Part shown: one piece after another, positions 13,738-27,365 of the stretch
How the letters are laid out: each line of letters opens with the position of its first letter
Numbering within the stretch: position 1 is the stretch's first letter
Assembly (NCBI GenBank): GCA_009914755.4
Contig: CP068257.2
Location: 20,224,001-20,288,000 of the forward strand
DNA: 64,000 nucleotides
Reading direction: 5' to 3'
Source of the DNA: the human T2T-CHM13v2.0 reference genome, Homo sapiens
Program-made: the position numbers and the translations under genes
The notes under the pieces: model-generated
What the model was told of the DNA's origin: nothing
Seen by the model: only the letters and a program-made list of their open reading frames with translations
Database searches by the model: none

Positions 13738-15851
13738 TAACATCTTATGATCTGTTATTTTAAACTGATGACATCTTAACTCTGATTGCAAAAACAAACA
13801 AACAAAGAAGCAAAGGGAAAACTAATACAAACTCTTCACTTTACCCTTATCCCCCTGATTTTTAACTTTTTGTTGTTAGTTATAATGTCTGCCTTGAAAA
13901 ATTGTTGTAGTCATTTTTAATAGTTAATCTTTTATCTTTCTAATTAAGATATAAGTACCTTACCCACCACAATTACAGTGTTATAATATTCTATGTTTGT
14001 CTGCATACTTACTATTATCAGTGACTTTGGGGCCTTAAGATGATTTCTTATTGCTCTTTGAAGTTATTTTCTTTCAGACTGAAGAATTCCTTTTAATATT
14101 TCTTGTAGAAAAGGACTGATATTGAGGAAAATTCCTCGGGTTTTGTTTGTCTGGGAGTCTTTATTTCTTCTTCATGTTTGAAGGATATTTTCATGAGATA
14201 TACTATTCTAGGTTAAAAGTTTTTTGTTTTTTTCCATCAGCACTTTAAATATATTATGCTACTCTCTCCTGGCCTGTAAGCTTCCATTGAGAAGTTGGCT
14301 GCCAGATGTTTGCAGACTCATAGAGGCAACACCTTAATGGTCTTCGGTACAATCCAGAATAATTATCTGGATTACCAGCAAGAGTCTTGTTCTCTTCCCT
14401 TTCTTTCCCCCAAACAAATAAGAGTCTTTCTTTCTGTGTTAAGCTCTCTGGAGCTGGTGGAGGGGTGACACAAGTACTCCTGTTGCCACCACCACTTGGA
14501 GTGTGCTAGGTCAGACTCAAATCCAGCACAGCACTGGATCACACCCCAGGCCTGTGGCAAGTACTGCCTGGCTACCACTGATATTCACTCAAGGTCCAAG
14601 AGTGATCTTGTGGTGAATGACGTCAGGCCTGGATCTTTCAATTTAATGCAGCAGCCTCCGCTCTGGCCCAAGGTGGATCCAGAAATGCTGATGAGGGGCC
14701 AAGGCCTGAAATTGGTGTCCCTAGGAGAGCCCACTCGTTGCTCCATCACTCTATCATCAAGCTTGTACTCAAGCTGTAAGACAAAGTCTCATTTACTCTT
14801 CCCTCTCCTTTCCTCAAGCAGGAGTCTCTCCCCATGGCTACCACATCTGGAAATGCTCTGGGTAACCCCCAAATCCAGTTCTATACTGGGTGTCACCCAA
14901 GGCCCACAGTGAATACTACCTGATTACCACTAAGGTGTATTCAAGGCCCAAGGGCTCTTTAGGCAGCAGGTGATGAATCCTGTCAAGACTGGGCCCTTCC
15001 CTTCAAGGTGTGGGTTCCTTTCTGGGCCAGGGTGTGTCTACAATTGTTATCTGGGAGCTAGGGCCTAGAATGAGGTGCCCTATTCTACTGTGTCTGAGCT
15101 GGTCTATAACTTGAAAGACAAAGTCCTTCTTACTCTATCCTGTTTTCTCCACACATAGATGAAAGGAGTCTTTCCTGGAGCTAGGAGTTCCAATGCCTGG
15201 GGTTGGAGGAGGGGTGGCACAAGCACTCCCCTGGACTCTGGCTGAAGTCTCACTAGGTCATGTGTACCTCACATCTGCTGGCTCTGAGCCCAGCACAGCA
15301 CCAGGACTTGCCCAGGAATTGCAGTCCTTGTGGCCTAGAGCATCTTTCAAGTTTATTTAGGACCCCAGGGTACTTCAGCTCATGAAGGTTGGGCTAGCTG
15401 TAACTCAGGTTCCAAATGCTAGGATGGATGATTACCCTCTGGCTAGGGCTGGTCTAAATGCTCACTCCCTGTGTGTCAACCGAATTTGCCCTGTGTTGCT
15501 TTCCGCAGTGACAGAACAGCACTGAGTTCCAATGCAGAGGCCCGCGCTCACTATGCTGTCTTTTCCCCAAGCACACAGATTCTCTTTCTGCACCACGTGG
15601 CCACTGCTGGCAGATGAGGGAGGGATGGGGTAGGCAGTTCAAGACTGTCTCTCCTACACTCTTTAGTGCCTCTTTCCTTGATATCATGTTAAATTTCGGC
15701 ACTGTGATTGTTACTTGATTTTTGGTTCTTATAAAGGCACTTTCTTGTGTGGATAGTTGTTCACTTCGATGTTCCTGTTGGGAGGACAATTACTGGAGGG
15801 TTCTGTTCAGCCATCTTGTTCTCTCACTCTATCTTTTAAAACCAAATAGTA

Positions 15852-16190
<339 letters not shown>

Positions 16191-18283
16191 ATTTTTATGT
16201 AGCAGATACAATACTCAAATTTAAGGTTCTTCCCCAGATGTAAGCTCATTACTAGTAAAGGAAATTTTTAAACACAGAGCTCCATAGAGTGCTAGGTTTC
16301 TTTGTTGGTAAACAAGAGAATAAGGATGAAAGGAAACATTCTTGGATGCATTTTTTTCATATAGCCATCTTTTTTCTGGGGTCTAAGAATTACTGAACAA
16401 GGAGAGACATGATAGGAATGTTGTTTTCCATTGACGCATGATTGGCATGCAATGACCAGCAGCTACTGGCTTATCACTGCGTTTGCAAGCTTCCTTCATG
16501 GCATGGCAAAACAGGTTTATAATCTTGACTTTCAGTTATTTGTGATAACTTATTATATTGATACTTAGCATTTTGCCATCAAAGATGGGACAGAGTTAGC
16601 AATAGTGCATGCCCTCACTTTTGCTTTATAAGAAACTGGGATCATTTACAAATCTTTGATAAAAGGATACTGGGATCTATTTTGTTCTTCCTACTTCATC
16701 TAATTGCCTCATAACAGACACTCAAAATTTCCAGAACTTAACCCACCCAGACCTGTGCTGGCCCTTGCTTCTACTGGGTTATCAGAGCAATTGTTAAATT
16801 TTCAAGAATTTTGTAAGCTCTTCGATGTCACATTCACAACTTATATTGGCAATGGTGAGATTATTTAAAGGATGGATATTAGCAAACACCAACAGGAGCT
16901 CTCCATTTCCTTTTTCAGAAAGCCAGGTCTTCCAGCACACATTGAGCCTAACACATCATATTAGATTTACAAGGGATCTTTTGACACATTTATTTGACAG
17001 AGAGAAATCAAAATGTTTGTTACTTATTCTACTGATGTAGTTGGGTACAGGTGTAGTTATTTTATCTATTGGCACTAAAAATTTTTTCTTTGTTGGAAAA
17101 ATACTTTGTCCAATATAAATTGGAGCTACCAATTTATATTTGGACAATGAGAATCACAATGGTCTGGAAAGGGATAGGTGAAATGAAGTATTACTAAACT
17201 CCTGTACTTACGCCAGTGTGACAGTTACTGAAACTGGAGACCGAAAGAATGGCTTGGGTTAAGAGGAGATGACTGTGAGGGGGAAGGGGTCACAAATAAT
17301 ACATGTGAGTTATTATTAAGGAATAAGCATTTTCTAACATATCCTAAGATTAATATTACACTGAAAATGTAGAGTGTCTTTTCTATCCTTCTGTCTCATT
17401 CTGTTCCTATTGTAATTATTCTACTACTATGGTTAGTAGATTTATTGTCTATTGAGAGTAAACAGAAATTTTCAAGGCTTAATAAAATCAAACATATATG
17501 TCATATCAAATCAAAACAAATGTGAGTATGTCTGAGAGAGAGAATTTCAGAAGTTAATCCAGTAAAATTTTGTTTGTGTTATACAAAGTAATGCATTGTG
17601 TTTAGGGTTTTTGATTTCTGATCTAATATCTGATGGTTACTTTACTTTATCTAAGTGTTTATTTATTTGATAACTTGGTAAATAATATCTTCAATATGAT
17701 CTCAGAATTTTAATCTATAAAATAGAATTAGCAAAAAATACTTTTGTAGCTTACATTGACATCCTAATTATATGGAAGGATACTCTGAATGGTTTCATTA
17801 ATATATTAAGTCTTCTCAGCAAATGCTTCCCCATGATGAAAGCTGACATTTATAATCAACCTCTAATATCACATTTCTACAGACTTATTCCTTTGCTTAC
17901 ATTTATTAGAGTGCATTTGAATAATTTACCTTCTAATTTTTCAGCTAACATCTGTGCAAAAAAATTTTAATAAGCTAGAGGAAAGAAAATAGCCACCAAA
18001 ATAGATTGCCTCCTTTAACACAAAACACTGTTTTAGAGAAGTAGCATATGAGAAATTACTGTGAAAAGGACATAATTTCACTATTTATTCAGTTTTAAAT
18101 ACTCTATGTTGTAGTTCATATATAACATAAATAGCTCTGTGAAAGGAAGAAAAACTATATTTTAGATACTTCAGAGGTTATTAGGCTCAGAAAACCCTGG
18201 GAAAATGAACTTGAATCTATGGAAATATTTGTTAATCTCACAAATCTACCAGTTCTTTTCTCCACTCGAAAGTTAATTCATAT

Positions 18284-18652
18284 ACACCATGAAATACTAT
18301 GCAGGCATAAAAAAAGAATGAGATCATGTCCTTTGCAGGGGGAGCTGGAGACCATAATTCTTAGCAAACTAACACAGTAACAGAAAAGCAAATACTACAT
18401 GATCTCTTATAAGCGGGAGCTAAATGATGAGAACACATGGACACAAAAAGGGAAACAATGAACACTGGAGATTACTGGATGGTGGAGTGTGAGAGGAGGG
18501 AGAGGATCAGGGAAAATAACTAATGGGTACTAGGCTTAATACCTGGGTGATCAAATAATCTGTACCACAAAGCCCCATGACTTAGATTTACCTATATAAC
18601 AAACCTGCACATGTACCCCTGAACTTAAAATAAAAGTTACACAAAGAGCTAA
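18284..18652 (+). mobile_element. 5'-truncated L1 3'-end fragment (L1P-type 3'UTR), about 370 bp
   Basis: atacaccatgaaatactatgcaggcataaaaaaagaatgagatcatgtcctttgcaggg...ctagcaaactaacacag...catgatctcttataagcgggagctaaatgatgagaacacatggacacaaaaagggaaacaatgaacactgg...aacaaacctgcacatgtacccctgaacttaaaataaaagttac, colinear with the L1PA 3' end. Confidence 0.8.
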
Positions 18653-18659
18653 GCATCCT

Positions 18660-18908
18660 GGGAGAAAAAATTCAAAATTTTTGAGTAAGCTTCATACAAT
18701 TTTCCACAGCAGCTGAACCATTTTACTTCCCAATGAATTTGCCAACTCTTACCTTTTGTTTCCCTTTATAATAGCCATCCTAATAGATGAGATGACATCT
18801 CACTATGGTTTTGATTTGCAATTCTCTAACAGTTAGTGTTGTTAAGCATTTCTCATATACCTTTTGGCAATGTGTATGTCTTCTTTGGAAAAATGTCTGT
18901 CATATAAT
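18660..18908 (-). mobile_element. Inverted (antisense) L1M ORF2 segment, the 5' arm of a twin-priming-type L1 insertion
   Basis: ttttccacagcagctgaaccattttacttcccaatgaatttgcc...ccctttataatagccatcctaatagatgagatgacatctcactatggttttgatttgcaattctctaac...ttttggcaatgtgtatgtcttctttggaaaaatgtctgtc is the reverse complement of the L1 ORF2 region lying just upstream of the sense segment that follows. Confidence 0.6.
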
Positions 18909-19470
18909 CCAACAATCCCACTTCTGTGTTTTTATCCAAAACAATTGAAATCAAGATCTCCAAGAGATGTCTGCATTTTCATGATTATTACAGCATTATT
19001 TACAATACACATGATATGGAAACTAATGTCCATCAATAGATAAGCAAATATAGCAAATGTGGCATATACATACAATAAAATATTATTTGGCCTTAAAAAT
19101 AAGAAAATTCTGTCATATATGACAACATGGATGAATTTGGGGTACATTATGCTAGGTGAAATAAGACAGTCACAGAAGGACAAACTGCACTTTTCCCCTT
19201 ATACGAATTATCTGTAATAGACTCATAGAAACAGAAACGAGAATGGTGCTTGTCAAGTGCTGAGGGATGGGGGAAATGGGGAGTTGCTGTTCAACAGGTA
19301 TAAAGCTTCAGTTATGCAAGATGAGTAAGTTCTAAACCTCTGTTCACCATAGCACCTATAGTTAATATTACTGCATTGTGTATTTAAATTTTTGTTAAGA
19401 CTGTAGATCTCACGCTAAGTGTTCCAACTACAATAAAGAAGTCAATTCACAGTGAATATATCATTATAAA
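18909..19470 (+). mobile_element. L1M 3' end (sense), the 3' arm of the same insertion
   Basis: ccaacaatcccacttctgtgtttttatccaaaacaattgaaatcaagatctccaagagat...tccatcaatagataagcaaat...catacaataaaatattatttggccttaaaaataagaaaattctgtcatatatgacaacatggatgaatttggggtacattatgctaggtgaaataagacagtcacagaaggacaaactgc... is colinear with the L1M ORF2 C-terminus and 3'UTR consensus. Confidence 0.75.
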
Positions 19471-20235
19471 TAGATATTTATATTTTCTCTGTGAAGCTTC
19501 ATGTAATATTAACTAACTTCTTAAGAAAATTTAATGGTCTTCCAGCTACCTGCTCTGTCACATTCTTAAGTGCTTTAATTGGGGATGTTACAGCCACCAC
19601 CACAATATGGAGGAGCTACTTTCAAGTTTCATCATATTTGCAAGTTTTATATTATGTATAATTTTTTTAAAAGTTCACTCTTCTAACAAAATAACTGTAT
19701 TGAGAGGATCCAGTGATTATGAAAGAAGGCTCAGTCAGAAATCCTTAAACTATCTTTAGCAAAGATCCTCTGGTATGTAGTAACAGAATCAGGGTAATAT
19801 CAATAGGAAGAATCCAGTACAACAGAAATAAATAGACATTAGCTGTTTTCTCAGTAATTATGTAGGAAAAAGGGACCAAGACTCTCAGTAATGGAGGCAA
19901 TAGATTTTATCTTTAAAAACAAGGAAACTTGGTTGTATATTCCTAATCTTGCCTTGTAAAACTATGTCTACCGTGTTAATATTATTAACTGATTGACTTG
20001 AATCCTTGATGATATTGTTTGTCAGTCATAATTCTTTGCGTTACTCTCATTTCAGCTAGGTATTCTGATGATGTACAGACACATATACCCATACACAACT
20101 CACAGCATTACGGCTTACTAAATAGAACTCCAAGCTAATAATGCCTTTGACGTTATTATTGCATACTTTTCCTTGTTAAAAATATTAAGGAGAGAAAAAT
20201 AGTGTGGGCAGACTCGTAATTATAAAGCCACAGTC

Positions 20236-20550
20236 GGCTGGGCGCGGTGGCTCACACCTGTAATCCCAGAATTTTGGAAGGCCGAGGTGGGCAGATCACG
20301 AGGTCAGGGGTTCAAGACCAGCCTGGCCAACATGGTGAAACCTCATCTCTACTAAAAATAAAAAAATTAGCCAGGCATTGTGCCAGGCACCTGTAATCCC
20401 AGCTACTACATCAGGTAAACTCAGGAGGCTGAGGCAGGAGAATCACTTGAAACCAGAAGGCAGAGGCTGCAGTGAGCTAAGATCGCGCCACTGCACTCCA
20501 GCCTGGGCGAAAGAGCGAAACTTCGTCTCAAAAAAAGAAAAAAAATAGAT
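20236..20550 (+). mobile_element. Full-length AluS-like SINE carrying a 14-bp insertion (ACATCAGGTAAACT) in the right arm
   Basis: ggctgggcgcggtggctcacacctgtaatcccagaattttggaaggccgaggtgggcagatcacgaggtcaggggttcaagaccagcctggccaacatggtgaaacc...cccagctactACATCAGGTAAACTcaggaggctgaggcaggagaatcacttgaa...cactgcactccagcctgggcgaaagagcgaaacttcgtctcaaaaaaag. Confidence 0.95.
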
Positions 20551-20877
20551 AGTCTCGGATTACTGTCCATCACTTTTGAATCAATCAAAGCTATCTCACA
20601 AATGTTACTTTAGAAGTTGTACCTTCTATTTTTTTAAGGAAGTCAATTTAGCATCGTGTAGCTGAAGAAGGTGTATATCTGTGACATGCAGGGAGAAATA
20701 CAAAAAAAAAAAAGAATTCTGCATTTGAGGACAAACATGTTTCTAGAAAATAATTTTGTACCTCCCGGCTTAATTGCTAACCATATTTCAGGACTTTTAG
20801 TTCTTCCCTTGACATTTAGAATTCAGCCTTGAAATAATAAATATGAATTAGAGCCAGAAAACTTCTCCTGTTCCTGT

Positions 20878-20948
20878 CCTTGAAGTTTCTGTTACTTCCC
20901 AGAGTTTAATCCGCCCTTGAGGTTTCTGTTACTTCCCAGAGTTTAATC
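20878..20948. repeat. Local tandem duplication: 34-bp unit x2 with 3-bp spacer
   Basis: ccttgaagtttctgttacttcccagagtttaatc cgc ccttgaggtttctgttacttcccagagtttaatc. Confidence 0.75.
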
Positions 20949-23392
20949 TTCTCTTGGGAGAGAAATGTTACGTATTACTCTCCCTTTGCCTTGGATACTC
21001 ATCTATTTGGGTCAAGTTGAGGTAATCCTGGGTCTTTCTATACTGTTTTAATCAGGTTTTGTCCTGATGCAGTTGTGTTCCATGCCTCCTTCACTTTCTC
21101 CTAATTACAATTTCTGGGCGCTAGCAACCAAATGTCGATTAAGGTATACTTAGGGTCCACCATCTTGTAATCTACTCCAGTTGAATTCTCCACGGTTATG
21201 TGTCATTGCTGGTGGTCATAAACAACTTCTTTTGCTTTTCACTGCAGCTGCTTCAAATGTCACCATTTGCACTTCATCTTGCTCTCGTTCCATGCTCTCC
21301 ATTTCCCACATTTCTGGGTCTGCTAATGGCCACATTCTGGTAAGGTCTCCAAATCCAACTTTACCTGTAAGAGTCTTGGTCCCCTGATTCTAACACAAAT
21401 TGTGATGGAGCTCTCCTCTGATTATTTCTTCTGCATTGGCTGCTTTATATTGTTACAGCTTTGATTCTGTTGACAGTACACAACTTCTGATAGATCGTTT
21501 GATGCCAAATGTAATTTTAGCTTCCTAGGTCAGTTCAGTTCACCGAATATCATTAAGCATTTACAATAGTGCTGGACGTGGTGCTAAGGGTGGGGGAAAT
21601 AGGGACAAATCAGACACCATCCCAGCCCTGAAGAAACTATTAATTTGATTAGGAGGAAGAAAGGAAATTGCAAATCAATGTAAATAGTAGTTGATAGTTC
21701 TGATGATTTTGCTATTGCTTCTACTCTAGCCTGCTCCAGCCCCCACCTTTACTGCTACACAATCTACAGAGAGTCAATGTGGACAACCTTCACTAAAGAC
21801 ACATTACGTGTCTGATTAAAACAGGTTTGTGAAAATACAGCCTTGCTTCTGGACTCTCCAACAGATCATCAGTGTATCATCTTGTTCTCAGTCTTATAAA
21901 TCCTACATAATTATTTATAGCATGCCTAAAGTAGAAATCATTAAACTCTAAATGGCAAAGCAGACTTTACTTTTTTGCATATAGTACTTTAATCAAGTGG
22001 CTTTTTTATATGCTCTCTTTATGTGATAAATCAATAAAATCATCTGAGTCCTATAAAACAGTAAAATACATGAGAATTGTATTTTTATATAAATAGTATA
22101 GAAATTCAAAGTATTTCCTTAAAATTTTAAACTGCTATATTCCTTTATTGACATTGATTAAAGAATCATACTTCTCAGTGTGTATTTATTCTAAATATTT
22201 GCCTCACCTTTAGAATAAAGAGAGAAGTCGCAAAATAGAAGTCACAGACTTTACATTTCAATTCATTTCTGAAACATACGCCATCCTTAAATTTTTTTAA
22301 GCAGAGTAATAGCATCAGCTAAATTCTTCATTATCTATAATTTACACTCAAGTCACAAATTTGTATTCAAGTCAGGAATTTATTTTCAGTTCTTTGCCCT
22401 GAATAAGTCTATTATACTTTCTACACAATAATTTTTGCTTATGAATTTTTATGAAAGCAACTTGATAATATATTATAACTGAGTCTATATGCACATAGGG
22501 AATTGGAGAATTGTTCCTCTCACAGACGTACGCAAATTGAATAATAGTTCCACCTAAGATACCTGCCTATTTCAGGTCAATAGTCTTTTGCCTTGGATTA
22601 CAAATAATTTTCCAGTACTCTATTTGGCATGTATGGGCATGGTCTTAATCTGCCCTACCATATCTGGTTTCAAAATGCCAGTGCTTTTTGGTACTTAATA
22701 ATTAAATATGGATGATAAAACATTCCCTGGCATTAAAGTGGTACATCGGACGGTAAAATTCACACAGTAAGACACTAAAATTTAAGGTGATAGTAGCCAG
22801 ATGGCTTTTCTGATGTTCTAAAATACACATGAAGGATTTTATTAATTTAACCACCATATGGGACGGAGTTGAAATTAGTATCTACGGGCAGTTAAATCCA
22901 GATATAACCTGGATATAACAGTGTGTACTATTGCAACTTTTGCTGTTTTTCTCTCTGTTGACACTACATGGAATCATTTTAGTTCTTCTTTTCCATGTAG
23001 ATGCAGGAATAGAATACCTGCCTTCTGTCAGTTTTATATTGTTAAAAGTACTTAAAATCGAAATGAGAAAACACTTAGGTATACATCCAGAAGGTGGTAA
23101 TTGATTCTTATACAAATTCTACATCATTGCCTCATGAAATCTATCAAGGAACATGCGTTCAACAATTAACATTAATTTTATATTTTCTTTACTGGCTCCT
23201 GAACTATTTTATATCCAATATAATGTTCAAATTTAAAAAGCAGAAATATCAATTTTCAAAGTAACTGTACATCCACAGAAGAATATTAGATGTGGTTTTT
23301 GAAATGACATTCTGCTCTTGGATCAGCTGGTCAACCTCCTTCAAGTGTAATCTAATTTATCACCTGTTAAATTAAGGTGATGCAGCTCTAGA

Positions 23393-23760
23393 TGACATCG
23401 GACCAGCAACTGGCTAACTATGACCCATGGGCCAAATCCAGTTCACAGTATGTTTTTGTACTGCCCTCATGCTAATTTTTAAAAAAAATGTTAAAAGGTT
23501 GTGAAAAAAATAAATAAGCAAACAAATAATAAGAAGAATATGCAACAGAAACCATATGCTACTAAGATATTTACTATTTGGCCCTTGACAGAAAGTATGT
23601 TAACCTTTGTACTAGATAACAAATGTTTATACAGAATTGGATCTGTAGGTTTCAACACAGATACTGGAAGGCAACAAATTCACAAATGTAAAAAATTCAC
23701 ACTAAAAATCACCCTACATAAATATGGCAGAGTTTTCAATTGAGTAATACTAAAAGATGA
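23393..23760. mobile_element. Probable ancient non-autonomous DNA-transposon (MER-type) fragment; family not resolved
   Basis: The motifs tatgacccatgggccaaatccagttcacagtatgtttttgtac and ccatatgctactaagatatttactatttggcccttgacagaaagtatgttaacc resemble the terminal and internal motifs of a common MER-class element (...ccatgggccaaatccagcc...gtttttgtaaataaag...atatttactatctggcccttt acagaaaa...). Recognised from memory only. Confidence 0.3.
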
Positions 23761-26700
23761 AAGTTCAATTGCTGAATACATATAAGCAAAGACAATGTTT
23801 ATCAGAGCCAGGTTCTATGAAATCCAATACAACAGATTTCTGGAAAATTCAAATTAATTATCAGTGTTAAGCTATTTTAATAAGCTTAGTTTTTCACAAT
23901 ACTACAAAAATAATTTCATTTCTTTCTGAATGTAATAGTGAACAATTTTATAGTGACTTTGTATTTTGTAAAGTATATTCATCTATGTCTTCTCATTTGA
24001 TATTTGAAACATCAAATGTGTTTTGTTTAAAGATTTGCATAAAATTACACAGCTACTTAGTGATAAAATGAGATTTTCTGTGCCCAAGCCCCATGCTCTT
24101 CCCCCTACACAGGGTTGCTCCTTATCAGGTGAAAAAATGTATACAGGTAAATGGAAAAATAATTAATTGTTAATTATGGATATAGCTGTATCTATTTTTG
24201 TAAAAGAAGAAACTGCAAAATAACTAAATAAATTTTATCAGAGGTGAAAAAGAGTTTCCAATGCATGTAGACATGACTAGAGTTAATCATATACCAATCG
24301 CCAATAAATAAGTTGGTTACAAATTTAAATAAATAATTGAATTCACTATATTTCAGATTTAGTGTGTTTTTCAGTTAATGCAAATAAAAGCTGGAAGAAA
24401 TGAAGTAAAAATTCATAACCACTACATTATAAAATAACTGTTCATTTTTAAGGTAGTTTAAAACATCTTTAGTAAAACTGTGTTCTACAGACTTCTACTC
24501 AGAGATGGAACAGTTCAAAATCAAGATGATTGTGAAAGTACAGAATTGAGATACTTGCATAGCCCTTCTAACATTTCATAAAACCATAAGATGCAGAATT
24601 ACAATACTGGTGGTATAACAGATACATTTTTCCTTCAAGTTTACATTGTTTTACTAAACATCTTCCTTCATACAAATAAAATATAAATATATCATTTAAT
24701 TCAGAATCATAAATATCGTATGTTCTAGTAAAGTAAGAGATTGCATTTCCTTATTGATATTCATTAACTTAATATAAATTAAAAGTTACAGTATTACTAA
24801 GTCATGTAGATATCATTTTTACCACTACCATTAGTGTTGGTTTGTAAAACTCTAGCTTTATTACTCTACTAAAATCTTTTATGCAGTATTATATAATATG
24901 AAACACTCCAGTTTTCCCTGTGGTATATAATCTTTCACACTTTTAGGTTTTCATAACCTCACTGACTAAAACACTCTCAAAGTTACTGACTTTTTAATAC
25001 AAAATTTTAAGTCTCAATAGCAAATACATTTGATAAAATAACCAGGCTTTTTAACAGGCTATTATAGATACAATGTATTGCATCAATTTCAAACCACAAT
25101 TCTCAAAACTTAAGGTAAGGTCTATTGCTTAGACTTGCAACTAAGGAAGTCAGATCCCTGAAAAGGTTTGTTTTTATCTGTGGTCTGATGGTATTCATCA
25201 CAAATTTCCTACTTGGAGAATTTATGATTTTATATTTCAACTTTACATTATAAGACAAGAAATTCAAAAACTGTATTTCCCAAGCCTCTAATTGTTCATG
25301 TGGTCCAACCTTCATGCTCTATTTGCCACATCATAAATACCTCATATATTACAACCTGAGAGAAGCTTTTAAGTAGTAATTTTGAAAACCAAACCAGAAA
25401 GTGCAAGTCAATTTCTAACCAAGTTCAAGTGTGCCTATTAATTTCTGTGACTTATTTGAACCATAAAGACCTTTTCACTTGAACATAGTGGAGTCATTAC
25501 TGTGACTTTGCTACACAAAATTCAGTGGAGAATAAAGTTAAAACGTGATTCTATCTGTCTGTGTAACAAGAGAAGGTCAAATCTGTTTTTTGTTTCTGTT
25601 TAGGGTTTTGGGGTGGGGGATGGACTGTTCAGTCTTTTTGAGCATAACAGCTCTGCCACTGTACATGGCATTGGTTTAATTTTCTTACTTGTAAAGAGAA
25701 AATCATTGCTTAAATAATTAGGTAATATTCCTAAAGGATTTAACTCCTTAGGGAAAACATAAAGCAGGATAAATGTGTTTAATTATAATTTGGTCATGCC
25801 TAGACTATCGTGCCCTGCTTATATTTTTTCTTTATTATAACTTTAACTTCCAAAAATTATAGCAAAAAAATGAACACAACCAAAATTCCATATCATTCCA
25901 TCACGTAAAATGATGAATTGCTCTGGAGAGTTTAACAATATAGCAACTTAGAAAGATGAGCATGTATTTAAAGAGATGATACATTCAATTGTATTAAGTC
26001 CACATTTTCACAGAATTTCCTGCAATGTATAAAGGGAGTTTCCATTCCCACAGCTTTCAATGTGTTTCTTCTCTAGATCAAAATGGAATTCCTTATAACA
26101 TTCACAGGTAAATCAATCCCTCAAGCATCTGCACATCTGAGAAGATTGCTCCTCTCCAGTTCATAGCCCTAAGACTGCCAACTCTAGTACTAAGAAAAGT
26201 ACATTCAAAGTACAGCCCTGCCATTTTCCCATAATTTAATCCCATGCATAATTAGTTCATCCGCCTGAGCTTCAGTTTGCTCGTTTATAAAATGGGCTTG
26301 AAAATGTCACACCCAAAGGGTTGTTGTAGAATTATATGACATAATTCATGCTAACTATTTTGGGTAGTACATGTTACACAGTATGAACTTAAAACATAAA
26401 TATTTTCTATTACTCATTTTTTGGTTGTTACTTACAAGATTATGTCTCCCTATCCCCGGATGTGTGAAAATTTAATCCCAAGCATGCTCATTTTTAAAGC
26501 AACGTTGAATCGCCCACACAAGAGCTTTTGTTACCCAAATTCTAAGGCTTTGTTCCTGCTGTCACTTCTATTTTTTTTCCCTTTTTCAAACTCTCGATGT
26601 TATAGAATGACACCTTTAAGGTTTAGATAAAATTCCTTCTTTAGTCAAGCCCACTTTGGATACATACATACCTCCCATTATAATATATTCTTAAATACTA

Positions 26701-27059
26701 TAATTAATTGTCTCCCAACTTCCCCTTTCCTGGTTTTCTACCATCAATCAGCATTATAGAGTGCAAATGATGTACATACAGCACCCTTGTGGATATGCCT
26801 TTATAAATCAAACAAGTAAGTTGGTTAATTTATACAATGCTTAAACTAAATTGCTACATTTCTTTAGACACAATGAAATAAGTGTTGAAAATATTACCTT
26901 AGTCTTAGTCTAGTATGTAGTATATTGTGGGAATTCGATTACATTTAATTTGATTAAAATTAATGTTATTATTCTGTAAATTAGATATAAAATCTTTCTT
27001 TTTGAATTTTGTCTTAAAATGTTTAATTTTTTTTAACCTTTCGTTTATTTGTTTTTGCA

Positions 27060-27365
27060 TTTTTTTTTTTTTTTTTTTTTTTTTTGAGACGGAGTCTTGC
27101 ACTGTCACCCGGGCGGGAGTGCAGTGGTGAGAGCTCGACTCACTGCAACCTCCAACTTCCAGGTTCAAGTCATTCTCCTGCCTCAGCCTCCCGAGCACCT
27201 GGGATTTCAGGTGCCTGCCACCACGCCCGGGTATTTTTTTGTATTTTTAGTAGATACGGGGTTTTACTATGTTGACAAGGCTGGTCTCGAACGCCTAATC
27301 TCGTGATCCACCAGCCTTGGCCCCCCAAAGTGCTGGAATTACAGGCATGAGCCACCACACCCAGC
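27060..27365 (-). mobile_element. Alu SINE (minus strand) with TSD
   Basis: Poly-T then gagacggagtcttgcactgtcacccgggcgggagtgcagtggtgagagctcgactcactgcaacctccaacttccaggttcaagtcattctcctgcctcagcctcccgagcacctggg...ctggaattacaggcatgagccaccacacccagc. Flanking ttgcatttt repeated on both sides. Confidence 0.95.

Noticed and set aside
21100-21560. Short ORF of 68 aa and a locally less AT-rich stretch that could be an exon or old repeat
   Set aside because: No recognisable protein motif, no convincing splice sites, and no match to a repeat consensus I know. Not supportable from sequence alone.
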